A DNA stretch of 64,000 nt from Bdellovibrionales bacterium. GTDB taxonomy: Bacteria > Bdellovibrionota > Bdellovibrionia > Bdellovibrionales > UBA1609. The stretch covers positions 320,001-384,000 of the forward strand of contig CBDHDF010000010.1 in NCBI GenBank assembly GCA_965261545.1, written 5' to 3'. The notes beneath the pieces were generated by a model. The model had not been told where the DNA came from. It saw only the letters and a list, made by a program, of their open reading frames with translations, and did not search any database. Shown here one piece after another: positions 22,634 through 33,854 of this stretch. The translations under genes were made by a program, and so were the position numbers. Numbering within the stretch: the first letter of the stretch is position 1; the number at the start of each line of letters is the position of its first letter.

Positions 22634-25206
22634 TTACTTTTTTTGGAGAGCCTTGATTTCGTCTTCAGAAAGCCCTGTTGCTTCGGATATCTCCAAAGCC
22701 TCCTGTCCTTTTAAAATCATCTTTAAAGCAATGGCCTCTCTTTCTTCCCTTCGCCCTTTTTCAAGCCCTCTTTCAAGCCCCTCTTCATGAGCTGTGTCGA
22801 TTTGTGATAAACGATCTCGACGCTGCTTATCTTCAGCTTCAAGTCGTTCTCGCATGAGTTCGTCTTGAGACAAATTCCACAGATTTTTGACGGCTCTTCC
22901 CATGTCCCTTCCTTTTTTGGCTAGCTCTTGGCTGGTTTGTTGATCTAACTCATCCGACCTCTTTAAGAAATAGCACCACGCTTCACGCTGGTCAACAAGG
23001 CTGTCTAATCTGCAGAAATTCCCGCCGAGCTTGAAAAAACATTGAAATTCCTCCAAATCTCAGTGTGAGAATTGCACTGCATCGAATAAGGTAAACCTCC
23101 CCGTCTTCGCCATTTAGAGGCGAATATCCAGACTTTAGTTTAGGGCAAATACGTTAAACTCTTTGGGGCACTTTGAGAAAAATGGCTGCTCATGATGTGT
23201 CGAAAACATCTGAGGCAGCAATAGGCTTAATCCCATAAGCCATTATGGCGAGGAGTTCCTGCCAATTTTTAAAGTATAGGGTATGGAAATACCCCCTTAT
23301 ATGATCCCATAGATAAGATAGTCTCCTCTCTTTTTCTACCGCCTTTTGAAACAATTTACAGGCCAAATGTTGAAGTTGGTCCACTAAAAATACCAGCATC
23401 ATAATCACGGCTAAATTGTTACACAAATTTTGCTTGCCGTGGCCAAAATTGTGCTCAAAGTTGTAACCCAAATTCTTTAACGTATTAAATGTTTCATTTT
23501 CTATCTTCCAGCGTGCTCTTCCCCCCCTCATTATTTGCATTATGTTGTCTTCGTTGATCTCAATGTCAGTCACCCAGCTAAAGTGCTGAACCTTACCGTT
23601 TGCTTTCGTTTCTTTGTATTCAATAAAATTCACTCGACAATCAGGATTTGAATCATTGAGTGAAACATCATTTATGAATCGAAATTCATGTGTCACTCCA
23701 TTCTCTACCACGGTGAAGTGAGAAACTGTTCCTAAGCTATCTGCTCCATTTACAAACTCAAATAAAACTTTGTGGTCCCCCATCTTACAGCCTAAAATAT
23801 AACTTAATTTTAATTCGTTAAGAAGAGTGATGTGAGGAGCATTGGAAGCCAATCCATCCTCAATAACAATCACTGGAAGGTGAGGGTGTTCCCTGCGAAA
23901 ATCTTCAAGGAGTCGTTTGGCTGCATTACGCTCACAATCATTTTTGCTCGATCCATCTGTGTTTGAAATGGGCTCTGGAGCAATAGGTATAACCTGTTTC
24001 TTATCGGGGTGAACAATCACTCCTGCTAACATTTGATGATAGTAGGTCTTCGTCTCATCACGATGATTCTTTATACAACAATTCTCACAATGAATAGTCG
24101 AGGAGCTAAAGGCACCTGTTCCATCAATGCTGAGAAGATATTTTCCACCCAAATATGGGTAACCCTCCAAAACCTTCCCTCTTTGAGCTACGGTAAACAA
24201 AGATTTAAAAAAATTTTGAAACTCACGGGTTGGAACAGGATCTAAAATCTCTCGCATAGCCGTATCACTAGGAATTTGGCCTATTTGAAACAAATGGTGT
24301 AGGTTGTTTTTTGCCACTGGGTCATGGACACGATCACAAAACTGAAGCATGGATGGGTCTTTCAAGGCAAACATTGCCACAGATGACATAATGGCATCGC
24401 TCAGAGGAATCCTATGGGGACGCTGCGATCTTATATCTGGAACTGTAAGAGATTTACTGTGTAACAGGGAATACATTCCTGAAGCGGATAGACCTTTTCT
24501 AAAATGTTGATGCGACATGACGAACCCTCCTTGGTCTGATGTGCAACAACAAATATTCAAACAGATACTTAGGCAAAAGTCTACGAACTCTTTTTGAGGC
24601 GAATCTTTTGGAAGCCACTACTGTGGCCTAAACTATTTTTCGACGGGAATTGCTGTCTAATCTGCCAATGAACTTGTTCAATTCTACAATGACAAATTGC
24701 ATACCATCGGTGAGCCTCAAATGAGGGTATCTATCCTGCCTCATGCTGCATGTATGGTAATAATTGTTGTTGTCCTTGCGTAGCTCAGGAAGGTCCACAG
24801 TACTGAAAACAAGGGAGTAAACAGTTCTTAATTTCTCGTATCTTTCTCCTTCTTTCACTTGATTGGAGTAGACCCGTCCAGCATAGGCAAGAAGGCGATT
24901 TGTGAAGTCTCTTTGGGAGACGGTTTGCATCTCCACATTCACAGTTTCATTTGCGACCCACTCCCCATTGGACAATTGTCGAGAAATGCGAAGCTTCATG
25001 TCCAAGATGAAGGTTTTTCCCGAAGGCTTGCTCGCCTCTGAAGAGTTTTCCTCGGTATCTAACAGTTGAACATGCTCCACCCGACAACCGAGTGGCAAGG
25101 GAAGAAAATCCTGCAACAAAGGCTTGAGCAAGTCCTGGTCATGCTTAAAAAATGCTTTAAAAGTGTTATCAAGGGTTAAGCAAAGGGGAGGGAGGGATTT
25201 TTTCAT
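22634..25206 (-). pseudogene. Rpn-family (PD-(D/E)XK) nuclease copy 2, split by IS (25206-24656 + 23003-22634)
   Basis: Near-identical to 26014-26946; 9-bp TSD tctaatctg. Confidence 0.9.
23013..24655 (-). mobile_element. 1643-bp DDE IS (IS4-like superfamily, ISNCY-type), copy 1; transposase ORF 23190-24560
   Basis: IRs cagaaattcccgccga / tcgacgggaattgctg; 9-bp TSD; SIDGTG, IEDGL, RWKIENETFNTLK. Confidence 0.9.
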
Positions 25207-25292
25207 AAGTAAAAATTATGCATCTCGCTTTGGAGTAAAGTCAATGTATGTTTTCATTTACAGTTGTAGCCTACAACTCTCCCGCGTACTTT

Positions 25293-25679
25293 TTAAACGA
25301 TTTGTAGGTCGTTGATAAGGTGGCTAATAAGTCCTCCCGATCCTTTGGAAAGACTTTCTCGATAGGAGAAGCTCAAGCGTAAATATTTATCGATTAATTT
25401 GCGACGGAGGTTGATGATGACAGTGTCGACAATATATTTGGTCCAGAACATATTGATAAAACGATCGGCACCTATCATGAGCCAGCCACAGGCCAGGGCC
25501 ACAGGGATTTGCCATGCCAATTCTTGGTTTCCCTTTTCCCAAGCATCTGTGAGACTTCCAAGAAGGGGGCCTGTTGTTGATTTAAGTCCGCTGACAAGCA
25601 CTCCAGCAAGGAGGACAAAAAAAAGCTTAAGCTTAAAGGGCTGTAACTCGGGCCATATGCGAGCCCACATATTTTTCAT
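25293..25679 (-). pseudogene. 5' fragment of the ABC exporter
   Basis: First 128 codons near-identical to 22413-22030. Confidence 0.9.
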
Positions 25680-26013
25680 AGCTTTTACATACAGCGGTTT
25701 GTTCCATCACACAAGCCGACCTTGAAGACCAAGGAAAGCCAGTGTTGCAGTTGACCTCCCAAGGGTTTAATTGACGCCCTGGGACCCCGTGGACCTTGTG
25801 GGAGTGGTCGTTTGCTCATCTTGATCTTGGAACTGATTTTTCTAGTGCTATTAGCTCAATCCCCGATGGGCGGCTCAAAATCAAATGGATATCTACCCCT
25901 TGCCTCAAAGTGTTTGTGGTCGGTTTTGGGTTTTGATCTACGAACACATATATCGTATCAAAGATATTTATATGTTAGCAAAAACCCTGAGGCATTAGGT
26001 CAGGTTAAGATTT

Positions 26014-26946
26014 TTACTTTTTTTGGAGAGCCTTGATTTCGTCTTCAGAAAGCCCTGTTGCTTCGGATATCTCCAAAGCCTCCTGTCCTTTTAAAATCAT
26101 CTTTAAAGCAATGGCCTCTCTTTCTTCCCTTCGCCCTTTTTCAAGCCCTCTTTCAAGCCCTCTTTCAAGCCCCTCTTCATGGGCTGTGTCGATTTGTGAT
26201 AAACGATCTCGACGCTGCTTATCTTCAGCTTCAAGTCGTTCTCGCATGAGTTCGTCTTGAGACAAATTCCACAGATTTTTGACGGCTCTTCCCATGTCCC
26301 TTCCTTTTTTGGCTAGCTCTTGGCTGGTTTGTTGATCTAACTCATCCGACCTCTTTAAGAAATAGCACCACGCTTCACGCTGGTCAACAAGGCTGTCTAA
26401 TCTGCCAATGAACTTGTTCAATTCTACAATGACAAATTGCATACCATCGGTGAGCCTCAAATGAGGGTATCTATCCTGCCTCATGCTGCATGTATGGTAA
26501 TAATTGTTGTTGTCCTTGCGTAGCTCAGGAAGGTCCACAGTACTGAAAACAAGGGAGTAAACAGTTCTTAATTTCTCGTATCTTTCTCCTTCTTTCACTT
26601 GATTGGAGTAGACCCGTCCAGCATAGGCAAGAAGGCGATTTGTGAAGTCTCTTTGGGAGATGGTTTGCATCTCCACATTCACAGTTTCATTTGCGACCCA
26701 CTCCCCATTGGACAATTGTCGAGAAATGCGAAGCTTCATGTCCAAGATGAAGGTTTTTCCCGAAGGCTTGCTCGCCTCTGAAGAGTTTTCCTCGGTATCT
26801 AACAGTTGAACATGCTCCACCCGACAACCGAGTGGCAAGGGAAGAAAATCCTGCAACAAAGGCTTGAGCAAGTCCTGGTCATGCTTAAAAAATGCTTTAA
26901 AAGTGTTATCAAGGGTTAAGCAAAGGGGAGGGAGGGATTTTTTCAT
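26014..26946 (-). CDS. Rpn-family recombination-promoting nuclease / PD-(D/E)XK putative transposase, intact
   Basis: DNTFKAFF, ILDM, NVEMQ, C-terminal GLERGLERGLEKG repeats and ISEATGLSEDEI tail. Confidence 0.9.
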   Translation of the reverse strand: MKKSLPPLCLTLDNTFKAFFKHDQDLLKPLLQDFLPLPLGCRVEHVQLLDTEENSSEASKPSGKTFILDMKLRISRQLSNGEWVANETVNVEMQTISQRDFTNRLLAYAGRVYSNQVKEGERYEKLRTVYSLVFSTVDLPELRKDNNNYYHTCSMRQDRYPHLRLTDGMQFVIVELNKFIGRLDSLVDQREAWCYFLKRSDELDQQTSQELAKKGRDMGRAVKNLWNLSQDELMRERLEAEDKQRRDRLSQIDTAHEEGLERGLERGLEKGRREEREAIALKMILKGQEALEISEATGLSEDEIKALQKK

Positions 26947-27950
26947 AAGTAAAAATTATGCATCTCGCTTTGGAGTAAAGTCAATGTATGTTTTCATTTA
27001 CAGTTGTAGCCTACAACTCTCCCGCGTACTTTTTAAACGATTTGTAGGTCGTTGATAAGGTGGCTAATAAGTCCTCCCGCTTTGGAAAGACTTTCTCGAT
27101 AGGAGAAGCTCAAGCGTAAATATTTATCCATTAATTTGCGACGGAGGTTGATGATGACAGTGTCGACGATATATTTGGTCCAGAACATATTGATAAAACG
27201 ACCGGCATCTATCATGAGCCAGCCACAGGCCAGGGCCACAGGGATTTGCCATGCCAATTCTTGGTTTCCCTTTTCCCAAGCATCTGTGAGACTTCCAAGA
27301 AGGGGGCCTGTTGTTGATTTAAGTCCGCTGACAAGCACTCCAACTCCAACAAGGAGGACAAAAAAAAGCTTAAGCTTAAAGGGTGTTAGCTGACAATTAA
27401 AATGCCCCACCGTCGCCAATGAAAAGTGGCCACTTTTCAGAGGAGGACCTATGGTGATTTTTGGCATTGTCAACCGAGACGCATATAATCAATTGATATT
27501 ACTCATAAAAAGGCTCCGAGCTGATAAGAACTCCTTTTGGGTTCTTGTCGACCTGGAAAGGGGCTCCGTGTTGGAGAGTCCTTCCATGACAGCCTATTCA
27601 GGTTCCATATTTCTCATTTGTAGACTGTTTCTGGATTTCAATGAGGTTAAATATATAGTCAAGAAAAGCCTGTTTAGGCTGTGCCCATTTTCTAAAGTAT
27701 TTAAATTCCACAAGATTCCAACATTTGCCTCAATTTTCATGGAATTTCTTTTTGAAGACAGGCTTCCCTTAAAGCCGTCGCCAATTAAAATGTCCCACTT
27801 TCAATATGGAGGTTGTCGCCAATGAAAAGTGACCAATCTTCAGGGAGTGTTCAAATACTAGACAATGAAGTCTCTTCTTCTGATATAGATACTAAGCTCA
27901 CAGAGTCCCTCCCTTTTGCAACTCAAAAGGTTAGCAATGAGGAGGATCTT

Positions 27951-29417
27951 ATGATTAGTCAATACACTTTCGGCCGCATTCGTGACCTGAGTCACAGTGG
28001 TAAAAATAAGACAGAAATATCTCGTGAATTAGGGATCAATCGTAAGACGGTGCGCAAGTACTGTAAGTCCAACACCCCACCGAAGTACAAGGCGAGGTCC
28101 AAAAGAACTCGCCCAGATCCCCTTAATGGATATATGGATCGGGTGAAGTACTTTTTGAAGTTGAACCCAAGTAACACCGCCCGTGAAATATATGAGCTAT
28201 TAGTTGAGGAGGGTTATCGTGGGAGTGAGAGAACGGTTCAGAGAAGAGTTTGTGAGATTCTTGGTTCTCGCCCCAAGGAGCGTTTTTTCAGCCAAAGATA
28301 TGATCCTGGAGAACAGGCTCAGTTTGATTTTAAGGAGAAGGTTGCTTTACCATTTGCCGATGGTGTTCAGATCGTTCATCTCCATTTTGGAACATTGCCT
28401 TGTAGTGGCACCTGTTGGGTTCGTGCCTACCCCTTTCTTGTCTATGAGTGTTTCATCGATGGGGTGCATGCTTTTTTTGAAAAGATAGGTGGGATGAGTG
28501 CGAACATCCGTATTGATAATTTATCTCCCTGTGTGAAGAAAGTTCTTAAAGGAAATCAGCGAATTTACACCCAATCTTTTGATCGAGCCATCCAATACTA
28601 TGGATTTAAGGTTCTTCCCTGCCGCGCAGGGAAGGGCTCTGACAAGGGAGATGTGGAGCGTGATATTCGAACCTTCAGTTCTCGGATAAAAAATATTGTT
28701 AGAAACAAAGGAATTGTTTTTAAAGACTGGGATCATTTGAATCAGTTTTTAGAGTCTTATATGGATCAGCATCAGAGTGACTCCACCAAATCTCGCTTTG
28801 AGGAGGAGGCCAAAGTTCTTAAGCCTTTGCCTCCACGAGATGAAGATATTCTCTGTAAGGTGAATATTTGTCAAAGTAATGGTTATGGGACTTTGAGAAT
28901 AGGTAAAACCACATATTCCATACCTGATGAGGTGATCCAATCTCCCTGTAAAACCGTACAGGGTCCCTATCATGTCACGATCTATCGTGCAGGAGGGAAG
29001 CAAGAAATTGTCGCTCGCCATCAAAGAAAACCTGATGGGGAGCATAGTCTTCTTCTTGAACATATCCTTCCCTCTTTAGTTCGTAAGCCGCAAGCCATGG
29101 TAAGATGGGCTCACCGATCCATTCTTTTTCCAACAAATGTGTTTGAAAATTTTTATCAATACCTCAAGCAACAAGATTCAAGCCGTGCCGAGCATGAATA
29201 TTTAAGAGTTATCAACTTGATTCAGCATGTGAGTTGGCAGGACTTATCTACAGCCATGGAGCTTCAATTAGAAAGTCGTGAGATTTTCGACTTTAAATCC
29301 ATAAAAGATTTGCTCTTAGGAAATCCCACCAAAATTAATTTGAATGACCAACAAAAACCACTTCAACCTAGATTGTCTCAATATGACAGTCTTGTTCCAA
29401 ACATAGGAGGTTCTTAA
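27951..29417 (+). CDS. istA: IS21 transposase
   Basis: HTH ISRELGINRKTVRKY, PGEQAQFDF, DN, KGDVE; ggagga RBS before ATG 27951. Confidence 0.92.
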   Translation: MISQYTFGRIRDLSHSGKNKTEISRELGINRKTVRKYCKSNTPPKYKARSKRTRPDPLNGYMDRVKYFLKLNPSNTAREIYELLVEEGYRGSERTVQRRVCEILGSRPKERFFSQRYDPGEQAQFDFKEKVALPFADGVQIVHLHFGTLPCSGTCWVRAYPFLVYECFIDGVHAFFEKIGGMSANIRIDNLSPCVKKVLKGNQRIYTQSFDRAIQYYGFKVLPCRAGKGSDKGDVERDIRTFSSRIKNIVRNKGIVFKDWDHLNQFLESYMDQHQSDSTKSRFEEEAKVLKPLPPRDEDILCKVNICQSNGYGTLRIGKTTYSIPDEVIQSPCKTVQGPYHVTIYRAGGKQEIVARHQRKPDGEHSLLLEHILPSLVRKPQAMVRWAHRSILFPTNVFENFYQYLKQQDSSRAEHEYLRVINLIQHVSWQDLSTAMELQLESREIFDFKSIKDLLLGNPTKINLNDQQKPLQPRLSQYDSLVPNIGGS

Positions 29418-30199
29418 TGAATCACGAAGAACTTATAGGTTCTCTTAAAAAACTCCGACTTCCAGCGATGGCGGATGAATATGTTGCAACGGCTAGAGTT
29501 GCCGAAAAAACAAAAAAGACGTATGAACAGTATTTAGGTATACTCGTTCAAAATGAGCTTGCTGACAAGCATTCCCAGAGAGTGAAAAGATTGCTTAAGG
29601 GGGCCAAGCTTCCTCAACTTAAATCACTCCAAACTTATAACTTCCAGAAAAGAACGGGAGTGACAGCTCAGCAAATTAATTGGATGGCAGAGGGAGAGTG
29701 GGTCAGAAAAGCCTGTAATGTTGTGTTTTACGGAAGCTTTGGAATGGGGAAAAGTCATTTGGCCATGTCCCTAGTTCGTTCACTCTGTGAACAAGGCTAT
29801 CGATGTTTATGGGTCACCACTCATGAACTTATTGAAACAATGCGTGAAAGCAAGAAAGAACTCTCATTGAATGCTCTTTTTAAGAAATTAGACCGTTTTG
29901 ATCTTATTGCTTGTGATGAACTTGGCTATACAGCTTCCTGCACAGAGGGGGCAGATCTTTTCTTTCAATTCATATCTCAGCGATATGAAAGGAAAAGTCT
30001 CATGATCACTACAAACTTAACATACTCTGAATGGGATAAGGTGTTTCTTAACCCTATTACCACCGCTGCTGCTGTTGATCGAATCATTCACAACTGTGAA
30101 ACCCTCAACATTGAAGGAAAAGAAAGTTGGAGAACCGAATCGGCAAAAGCCAAGTCTAAACAGAGCAAAGAGGAAAGTTCAACCAAAGAAGTTCATTAG
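29417..30199 (+). CDS. istB: IS21 helper ATPase
   Basis: GSFGMGKSHLA, DELGY, TTNL, AAVDRIIH. Confidence 0.95.
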   Translation: MNHEELIGSLKKLRLPAMADEYVATARVAEKTKKTYEQYLGILVQNELADKHSQRVKRLLKGAKLPQLKSLQTYNFQKRTGVTAQQINWMAEGEWVRKACNVVFYGSFGMGKSHLAMSLVRSLCEQGYRCLWVTTHELIETMRESKKELSLNALFKKLDRFDLIACDELGYTASCTEGADLFFQFISQRYERKSLMITTNLTYSEWDKVFLNPITTAAAVDRIIHNCETLNIEGKESWRTESAKAKSKQSKEESSTKEVH

Positions 30200-31453
30200 A
30201 GATCCCCACTTTTGGGGAAGGAACTCGCCAGTTATCCACAAAATTTATCCACAGCAGCACTGCGTTGCTAGACATCGGGGTCACAGCCGCAGTGTCGCCA
30301 TGGATAAATTTATGGATAACTGGCTTTTACCGTACTATTTGCTCGTCACTCTCGCGGAGCTTTAGACATTAGCTGCGCCAAGGAATCCTGAAAAATACTC
30401 CATTTACCTCTGCCATAGGGCTGAAGGATGCATTTGGGGTCATGCCAAAAGTGGTGGGCAGAAAATCATTCCTCAGAATCTTGTGGCATAGTCCGAGTTA
30501 AATGATGAGCAAAATAAAGACACTTGACTAAACTCTGAACGAAGAATAACTAAATCAGTACATCATCAACTGGCCGTTTTTCATTGGCGACGGCTTCTAA
30601 AAATGGCCAATTTTAATTGGCGCCTAACAAAGGGCTGTAACTCGGGCCATATGCGAGCCCACATATTTTTCATAGCTTTTACATACAGCGATTTGTTTCA
30701 TCACACAAGCCGACCTTGAAGACCAAGGAAAGCCAGTGTTGCAGTTGACCTCCCAAGGGTTTAATTGACGCCCCGGGACACCGTGGACCTTGTGGGAGTG
30801 GTCGTTTGCTCATCTTGATCTTGGATCTGATTTTTCTAGTGCTTTAGCTCAATGGGCGGCTCAAAATCAAATGGATATCTACCCCTTGCCTTAAAGTGTT
30901 TGTGGTCGGTTTTCGGTTTTGATCTACGAACACATATATCGCATCAAAGATATTTATATGTTAGCAAAACCCTGAGGCATTATGAATTTTTTATTTTTTC
31001 TTTTCGACTCATAACTTTGCTTAATTTGGGTTTTATGTAATCTATAACCAAGGTATGCTATAGGTGCTGAGATACGCCCCTCAAAGGTCTTAGGGTAGCG
31101 TGTTCTTAACTTCCTTCTTCTCAAAATCGAATAGAGAGTGTCTTTTCCCTCATCAAGCGCACTTTTTGTGTGTGTTAGAATGATGATATCATCGACATAC
31201 CTCTGATAAAAAATATGGGTTTGTTGATTAAAAAAATCATCTAAATCTTTAAGATACAACCAAGCGTAAAATGTTGACATTGAGCTTCCTTGAAAAATAC
31301 TCTTTTCTCTCACAGATTTCGTATTTTTTTCTACTGGCAACAAAAGGTCTTGCCAAATGAGAGAATGTAAGCAACGCGGCACTCCTATCTTGAAAATAAG
31401 TTTTTCCAAGATTACGGTGTCCACACTAGCGAAATAAGATTTAACATCTGTCT

Positions 31454-33366
31454 CCCGAGTTTGACAGCAGCATCTGCGTCAAACGAATGATATTAAAGGA
31501 TTAACGCATATAGTTGTATTTTGTTTATCCACACTTGTGGGCATTAAGGATTCTGGGAGGGATGGGGACGCCTGCGGCTTTAAATAAGGAGTTGGCATTG
31601 CCAGTGATATCTGTGCGGGTCCAAATGACTTGATCACGAATTTTAACAGGGATAGCCCTAACTTCCTTGAGTTCCCTCATGGCCTCTACAACAGTTAAAG
31701 GTCGCTCTTTAACATGACCAATGCCTATGGCTGGGCTTTTTAGGTTCATCTTCTTATCTCTTAAACATTTTGTAAGGTGGGCCTCACAAAGATAAGTTAA
31801 AAAGCATAGAGTTAAATGTCCAATAATCCTCTGGTCTGTCCAATGGAAAACAGGACGTGTTTTCAAAGTCCCTTTTAACTCACCAAAAGCATCTTCAATT
31901 TTCCACAATTCTTTGTAGTTGATAATAATCTCATCTGCCGTCAAGTCTTTGACATTTGTAAGGACGGCAAAAAAACCATCAATTTTTTCATCTAATTCTA
32001 TTTGTTCTGCATTTAATTCAGGTTTTTTATTTTTGTCGTCAGCCATCTTTACATATTTCTTATAACCTTTATTGGAAACAAAAGTACTAGACTGAACACC
32101 TTTAGAAGATAGTTTTCCTTCGATCTTTTCAAGAAGGGATTCTCTAGATTTTTTATCTCTCTCTGCTCTTTTCCTAGACCAAGTCACAATACATCTATGC
32201 CCCCCATGGTCTGTTTCGTAAACAGCAAGCTCATTCTCATATACCCAGCTAAAACGATTTAAATCATAGACCTCTTGTTTCTTTTCTTTTTTTAAAGATC
32301 CAAGCTTCATACCAACAATAAACTCGCTTTGATCCTCACTGAGTTTGTCAGTATTAGCCTTTGATAAAAGCCCCCTATCAGCCACAAAAATGAAACGGCG
32401 TACATTAAACTTTTTTCTCATTTTATCAACAATATCTGAAAGCGTCTTGCCTTCAAAAGTATTACCAGGGAAAACCTCAAAACCTAAAGGGATGCCATCC
32501 CGATTCACCAACAAACCAAAGACAACTTGGGTGCAGTCTGATCGTCTCTCTTTACTATAGCCAAATTGACGAAGTTTCCCTAAGTCTGTTCTTGTACTCT
32601 CGAAGCGTAAGGTTGTTAAATCATACAACACAATGTCTACTTGGAAATTAAATAAATCTCGCCCCACCCAATAAAGCGAGTTCTCTATTTCATCCTTATG
32701 GGAGGCAAGTAAGTCCATAGACCGATAAATATGCTGGAGACTCAAATCACCCTTAATCATGTCTGGGTAAAAAGATTTTTGCCAATACTCAAAAACCTTT
32801 AACTTGGAACTAGGAGCAATAAATCGGCTGGCAACTAAGGTAAAAATCACCTTACATAAATCAAATTGAACTTTCTCATGAGAATCTTTTATGTCTTTGA
32901 GGGTCTTATTGATACCCAGTTGATCAAACAACTTTTGTAAAATCAGCAAGGGACCCAAAATGAAAGTCTCTTCGATGTAAAGCTCCTTAGCCAATTGACT
33001 CACAGTGAGAAGCTCTCGGTGGCGGGATACGGCCTGCGCCAAACTATTAATCTTATCCTCTCCTCCTTCTCCAGCCTTACCTAAGGACATGAGCATGCGT
33101 TTTTTGGATTTGCCTTTTTCTCTGTAGGACTCCACAAGGTGGTAGTAGCACTGACCTTTTGAGTTTTTAGTCGTTTGGATGTACATGAGGATATTTTCTA
33201 CATATTTCTATGATATATCAATATTTAAAACGATAAAATCCTATTTTGTTTTCTACACTTTTTTTACGTCAATTTTAATTTTTCCAGCAGCTACCATTAT
33301 ATTTCAGTACAACCCCAATTTCTGGAAATTTCGCATTTTAACGCAGATGCTGCTGTCAAACTCGGG
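31454..33366 (-). mobile_element. IS1634-family element C (1913 bp), 175-bp direct repeats; intact transposase 31525-33186
   Basis: Same terminal IRs as element A; 31279-31453 repeated at 33367-33541. Confidence 0.93.
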
Positions 33367-33854
33367 ATTGAGCTTCCTTGAAAAATACTCTTTTCTCTCA
33401 CAGATTTCGTATTTTTTTCTACTGGCAACAAAAGGTCTTGCCAAATGAGAGAATGTAAGCAACGCGGCACTCCTATCTTGAAAATAAGTTTTTCCAAGAT
33501 TACGGTGTCCACACTAGCGAAATAAGATTTAACATCTGTCTTAAAAACGTAGGAGTAATTTGTCCTTTGGTGGTACAGTTGGCGGATCGCATAGTTCCGC
33601 CCTTTGCCTGCAGTAGACACATAGTTGTGGGCCACCCAATTCTTTGTTGCTACCATATCTCTCAAATAAGATGACAAGCAAAAATCTACAAATCGATCTT
33701 CCCATTCTTTGTAATAAGTTATTAGTTTACCGCCAATGAATTGGGTTTTTCTTTCCGAAAAAAAATAGGATTGATTTTTAATTTGATGGTTGAGTTCGCT
33801 CACAAATTCTTCTTTACGTTGGGCCCAAGACAAAAGGCGAGAACTGTGTTTGGA

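Larger units (their letters stand above)
27384..30629 (+). mobile_element. IS21-family element, 5-bp TSD aaggg
   Basis: TG...CA ends (tgttagctgacaattaaaatg / ttttaattggcgcctaaca), repeated gtcgccaat motifs near both ends, istA-istB. Confidence 0.92.
27033..30673 (-). pseudogene. 5' fragment of the ABC exporter, split by IS21 (30673-30630 + 27378-27033)
   Basis: Matches 22413-22030 on both sides of the IS21. Confidence 0.88.
22029..30981 (-). repeat. Tandem mosaic repeat, about 1.74-kb unit (ABC-exporter 5' part / small-protein 3' end / pgi fragment / Rpn gene), two full units and one partial, IS-interrupted
   Basis: 24656-25297 repeats at +1740 bp; blocks at 22414-22617, 25680-25997 and 30674-30981 are near-identical. 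Confidence 0.9.

Noticed and set aside
22414..30981. CRISPR array or integron cassettes
   Set aside because: Repeats are hundreds of bp and gene-derived; no cas or integrase gene, no attC-like sites recognised
25812..31040. Short plus-strand ORFs 25812-26036 and 30852-31040
   Set aside because: Off-frame readings of the captured pgi fragment and spacer
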